Origin: Candidatus Methylomirabilota bacterium
GTDB lineage: Bacteria > Methylomirabilota > Methylomirabilia > Rokubacteriales > CSP1-6
DNA: 35,306 nucleotides
Assembly (NCBI GenBank): GCA_036005985.1
Contig: DASYQB010000115.1
Coordinates: 1-35,306 of the forward strand
Direction of reading: 5' to 3'
The notes beneath the pieces were generated by a model that was not told where the DNA came from, did not search any database, and worked only from the letters and a program-made list of their open reading frames with translations. The translations under genes were made by a program, and so were the position numbers. This document shows positions 32,971 through 35,306 of this stretch, one piece after another; the first letter of the stretch is position 1, and the number at the start of each line of letters is the position of its first letter.

Positions 32971-33098
32971 GCGTCGGCCTCCGGGGCGCGCGGATGCTTG
33001 GGGCGCCGCCGGTAGGTGGTCTTCGGCACCTCCACCTTGGGTGGCTTGCGCGGCATGGGCTTGCGAACGGTGGCGTGAACCGGCTTCTTGCGCTTCAC
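32967..33098 (-). CDS. Candidate small basic protein (43 aa; not in the supplied ORF track)
   Basis: My own translation is VKRKKPVHATVRKPMPRKPPKVEVPKTTYRRRPKHPRAPEADA. The stop overlaps the thiI GTG (GTGA). 39 of 43 codons end in G/C. An alternative GTG lies at 33116. Confidence 0.35.
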   Translation of the reverse strand: MKRKKPVHATVRKPMPRKPPKVEVPKTTYRRRPKHPRAPEADA

Positions 33099-33102
33099 CG
33101 AG

Positions 33103-33945
33103 TCAGTATATGCCACCCGGGAAGGTGTTGATGCCCGCGGGGCGTCCCGCCACTCGATACATCTTCACTCCGCCCCACGCGCTGGGAGCGAGCCCGTCGT
33201 GGAGGGCCCAGCTCCGGCCCCGCACGGTATCCGCGGCGGCGGGGAGGCGGAATGGAGACGAGCTGTCGAGCCCCGCGGCGAGCGGGCCATCCGCGGCGAA
33301 GCCGTCGTGTATCGCCTCCATCACCTCGCGGCCCAGGAGATAGCCGCAGCCGTGGCGCTCGTAGAGGATGGCCGAGTGATAGAAGAGGGGCTCGATCAGA
33401 TAGAGCTCCGTGCCCATGAGCCGGCAGAATCCGTCCATGGCCTCGAGCACCTTGGGGAGCATGGTGAGGCCGCGCCTCACCTGCCCCGGGGCGAGCCCGT
33501 CGTTCCGGGCGCGGATCTCCTCGTCCACGTTGCGCGACACGGTGCCGAAGAGGGTGTCGCGGCCTTCGGGATCGCGATCGATGCCGTAGCGCGCGGACCG
33601 CGGGTTGGTGATCTGCACGAAGGCGAGGGCGGGCACGGAGCGGGCCGACATCTCGACGTCCACGAGGAGGGCGGGATCGCGGTCCTCGGTGGAGGAGCGC
33701 ACCTCGACGCGCGCCCACGGCTTGTCGGCGGGGGCGGTGATGCGCACGAGTCGCGTGCCCTCGGGACCCTTGAGGGTCTGCGGATCGATGGCGAAGCGGC
33801 TGAGCAGGTCGTCGGGGACGAGGCGCGCGTACAGTCCCTCCGCCATCTCCCGCGGGAGCTGGTTGATCTCCTGGATCGAGGACACCCCCACACCGCCCGC
33901 CCGCGCGTCCACGCTACCGGCTCGCCTTCGCGGATGCCCAGGCAC
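33103..33945 (-). CDS. Hypothetical protein (start uncertain: 33945, 33891 or 33885)
   Basis: Long ORF with genome-typical composition and no motif I recognise. The ATG at 33945 would overlap mobA by 32 nt. GTGs at 33891 and 33885 lie just downstream of the mobA stop. Confidence 0.6.
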   Translation of the reverse strand: MPGHPRRRAGSVDARAGGVGVSSIQEINQLPREMAEGLYARLVPDDLLSRFAIDPQTLKGPEGTRLVRITAPADKPWARVEVRSSTEDRDPALLVDVEMSARSVPALAFVQITNPRSARYGIDRDPEGRDTLFGTVSRNVDEEIRARNDGLAPGQVRRGLTMLPKVLEAMDGFCRLMGTELYLIEPLFYHSAILYERHGCGYLLGREVMEAIHDGFAADGPLAAGLDSSSPFRLPAAADTVRGRSWALHDGLAPSAWGGVKMYRVAGRPAGINTFPGGIY

Positions 33946-34516
33946 GCGCGCGCGCCAGCTCCTCGGGCGTGTTCACGTTGGAGAACACCACCGCGGGGTC
34001 GGCGAGCCTCGCCACCTCCTCCTCGGCGATGGTGAGCACCCGCACCTCGTCGAAGAAGCCGGTGATCTTGAGCTGACCGGACCGGAGGCGCCGCTCCATG
34101 GGGGCGAGACAGGCGCGCGCGTAGCAGGCGTGGAGTGTCTCGTAGTGTGGCCCAGTGCGCGGCACCACCACGTCGGCCTCATGGGCGCGCGCGGTGACGA
34201 GGCGGGCCACCGCCGCGGACAGAAACGGCATGTCGCAGGCCACGGTGAAGGCGGCGTCTCCCCGCGCCGCCTCGAGACCGGAATAGATGCCGCCGAGGGA
34301 GCCGCTGTCGGGGAAGACATCGCGCACCATGGCGAGGCCCATCCACGCGTAGAGCTCCGGAGTGTTGGTGACAAGGAGGAGATCGTCGGTCACCTGTTCC
34401 AGCACATCGGCCACGCGCTCGATGATGCGGCGCCCGCCCACCTCCATCAGGGCCTTGGGCTCGCCCCCCATGCGCGTGCTGCGGCCGCCCGCCTGGATGA
34501 CCCCGGTGAGCTTCAC
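33914..34516 (-). CDS. mobA: Molybdenum cofactor guanylyltransferase MobA
   Basis: The GTG at 34516 overlaps the purD stop (GTGA); the listed start at 34915 is an extension. GVIQAGGRSTRMGGEPKAL… is the MobA N-terminal motif. Confidence 0.85.
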   Translation of the reverse strand: MKLTGVIQAGGRSTRMGGEPKALMEVGGRRIIERVADVLEQVTDDLLLVTNTPELYAWMGLAMVRDVFPDSGSLGGIYSGLEAARGDAAFTVACDMPFLSAAVARLVTARAHEADVVVPRTGPHYETLHACYARACLAPMERRLRSGQLKITGFFDEVRVLTIAEEEVARLADPAVVFSNVNTPEELARARAWASAKASR

Positions 34517-35306
34517 GTTCGCTCGACGGCCCGGCGGCCGATATCGCGCCTGAACTGCATGCCCGCGAAGCGGATGCGCTCCACGCCGGCATAGGCGGCG
34601 GCAACGGCGGAGCGAACGTCGGCGCCGTGGGCCTGCACGCCGAGCACCCGGCCGCCCGCGGTGACCAGGCGCTCGTCTCGCCTGGCCGTGCCTGCGTGGA
34701 ATACATTGATCCCCCCGGGCAGGCCGCCCTCGGCGTCGAGCCCGGTGATCTCGTCTCCGCTCCGCGCCGGGCCTGGATAGCCATGGGAGGCGAGGACGAC
34801 GCAGACCGATGACCCGGGACGCCAGCGAAGTGACGCAGGGAGCCCGCGCCCGTGGGCCGCCGCCGCGAAGATGGGAAGGATGTCCTCGTCGAGGAGAGGC
34901 AGGATGGCCTGGCATTCCGGATCGCCGAAGCGGCAGTTGAACTCGACCACGCGCGGCCCGTCCTTGGTGATCATGATCTGGATGAAGAGCACGCCGGTAT
35001 ACGGCGCGCCCTCCCTCGCCATGGCCGCGAGCACGGGGGCGGCGATCTCCTCCATCACTCGCCGGCTGAGCGCTTCATCCAGGGCAGGCACGGGCGCGTA
35101 CACGCCCATGCCGCCCGTCATCGGGCCACGGTCGTCGTCGAAGACGGTCTTGTGATCCTGCCCGGGCAGCAGAGGCAGGACGCTCCTCCCGTCGCAGATC
35201 ACGAAGCACGAGGCCTCTTCGCCCTCCATGAACTCCTCGATGACTATGAGACGCCCCGCCGCCCCGAACGCCCCCTCCTCGAGGCAGACCCGCACCGCGT
35301 CGTCCG
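34513..35306 (-). CDS. purD: Phosphoribosylamine-glycine ligase PurD, C-terminal part; 5' end lies outside the window
   Basis: PurD-typical …VIEEFMEGEEASCFVICDG…DHKTVFDDDRGPMTGGMGVYAP…VVEFNCRFGDPE…GGRVLGV…. The frame is open to the window edge. Confidence 0.9.
   Translation of the reverse strand, partial: DDAVRVCLEEGAFGAAGRLIVIEEFMEGEEASCFVICDGRSVLPLLPGQDHKTVFDDDRGPMTGGMGVYAPVPALDEALSRRVMEEIAAPVLAAMAREGAPYTGVLFIQIMITKDGPRVVEFNCRFGDPECQAILPLLDEDILPIFAAAAHGRGLPASLRWRPGSSVCVVLASHGYPGPARSGDEITGLDAEGGLPGGINVFHAGTARRDERLVTAGGRVLGVQAHGADVRSAVAAAYAGVERIRFAGMQFRRDIGRRAVERT

Overview
Densely coding, very GC-rich bacterial chromosomal segment (about 70% G+C by eye, not computed; third codon positions almost all G/C). 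I support about 33 protein genes, and many are joined by 1-8 nt start/stop overlaps (ATGA, GTGA, TGATG). I saw no rRNA, tRNA, CRISPR array, transposase, integrase or phage genes. Layout: (1) 1-10045 (+): a partial CaiB-family CoA-transferase, then a catabolic block of Tat-exported family-5 binding protein, BHMT-like methyltransferase, a B-A-B' set of FAD oxidoreductases, a proline-racemase-family enzyme and DadA. (2) 10052-15099 (-): a Liv-type ABC importer with a fused permease-ATPase gene and a tandem GC-hairpin repeat between the binding-protein and permease genes. (3) 15250-16704 (+): two DUF1989 paralogues (carboxyguanidine-deiminase-like) with no carboxylase or allophanate hydrolase nearby. 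(4) 16694-20664 (-): a Dpp/Gsi-type importer (two permeases plus a double ATPase) with no binding-protein gene of its own. (5) 20801-23144 (+): a compositionally atypical hypothetical protein with a (GW[SG]DGDGG)x3 tail, an AraC/GyrI regulator with no canonical start codon, and a PNPOx-fold protein. (6) 23193-27291 (-): the most interesting part. An ATP-grasp::PLP-decarboxylase fusion gene, a transglutaminase-like Cys-His-Asp protein and a urea-transporter-family channel are chained by overlapping reading frames, and a low-GC leader or small ORF sits in front. I cannot match this combination to any described pathway. (7) 27310-31695 (-): PlsC-type acyltransferase, UMF1/Atg22-type MFS, lipoprotein, second MFS. 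(8) 31723-35306 (-): housekeeping thiI, mobA and partial purD, plus a hypothetical protein and an unlisted 43-codon very basic ORF. All functional calls come from motif recognition by eye; no database search was run.
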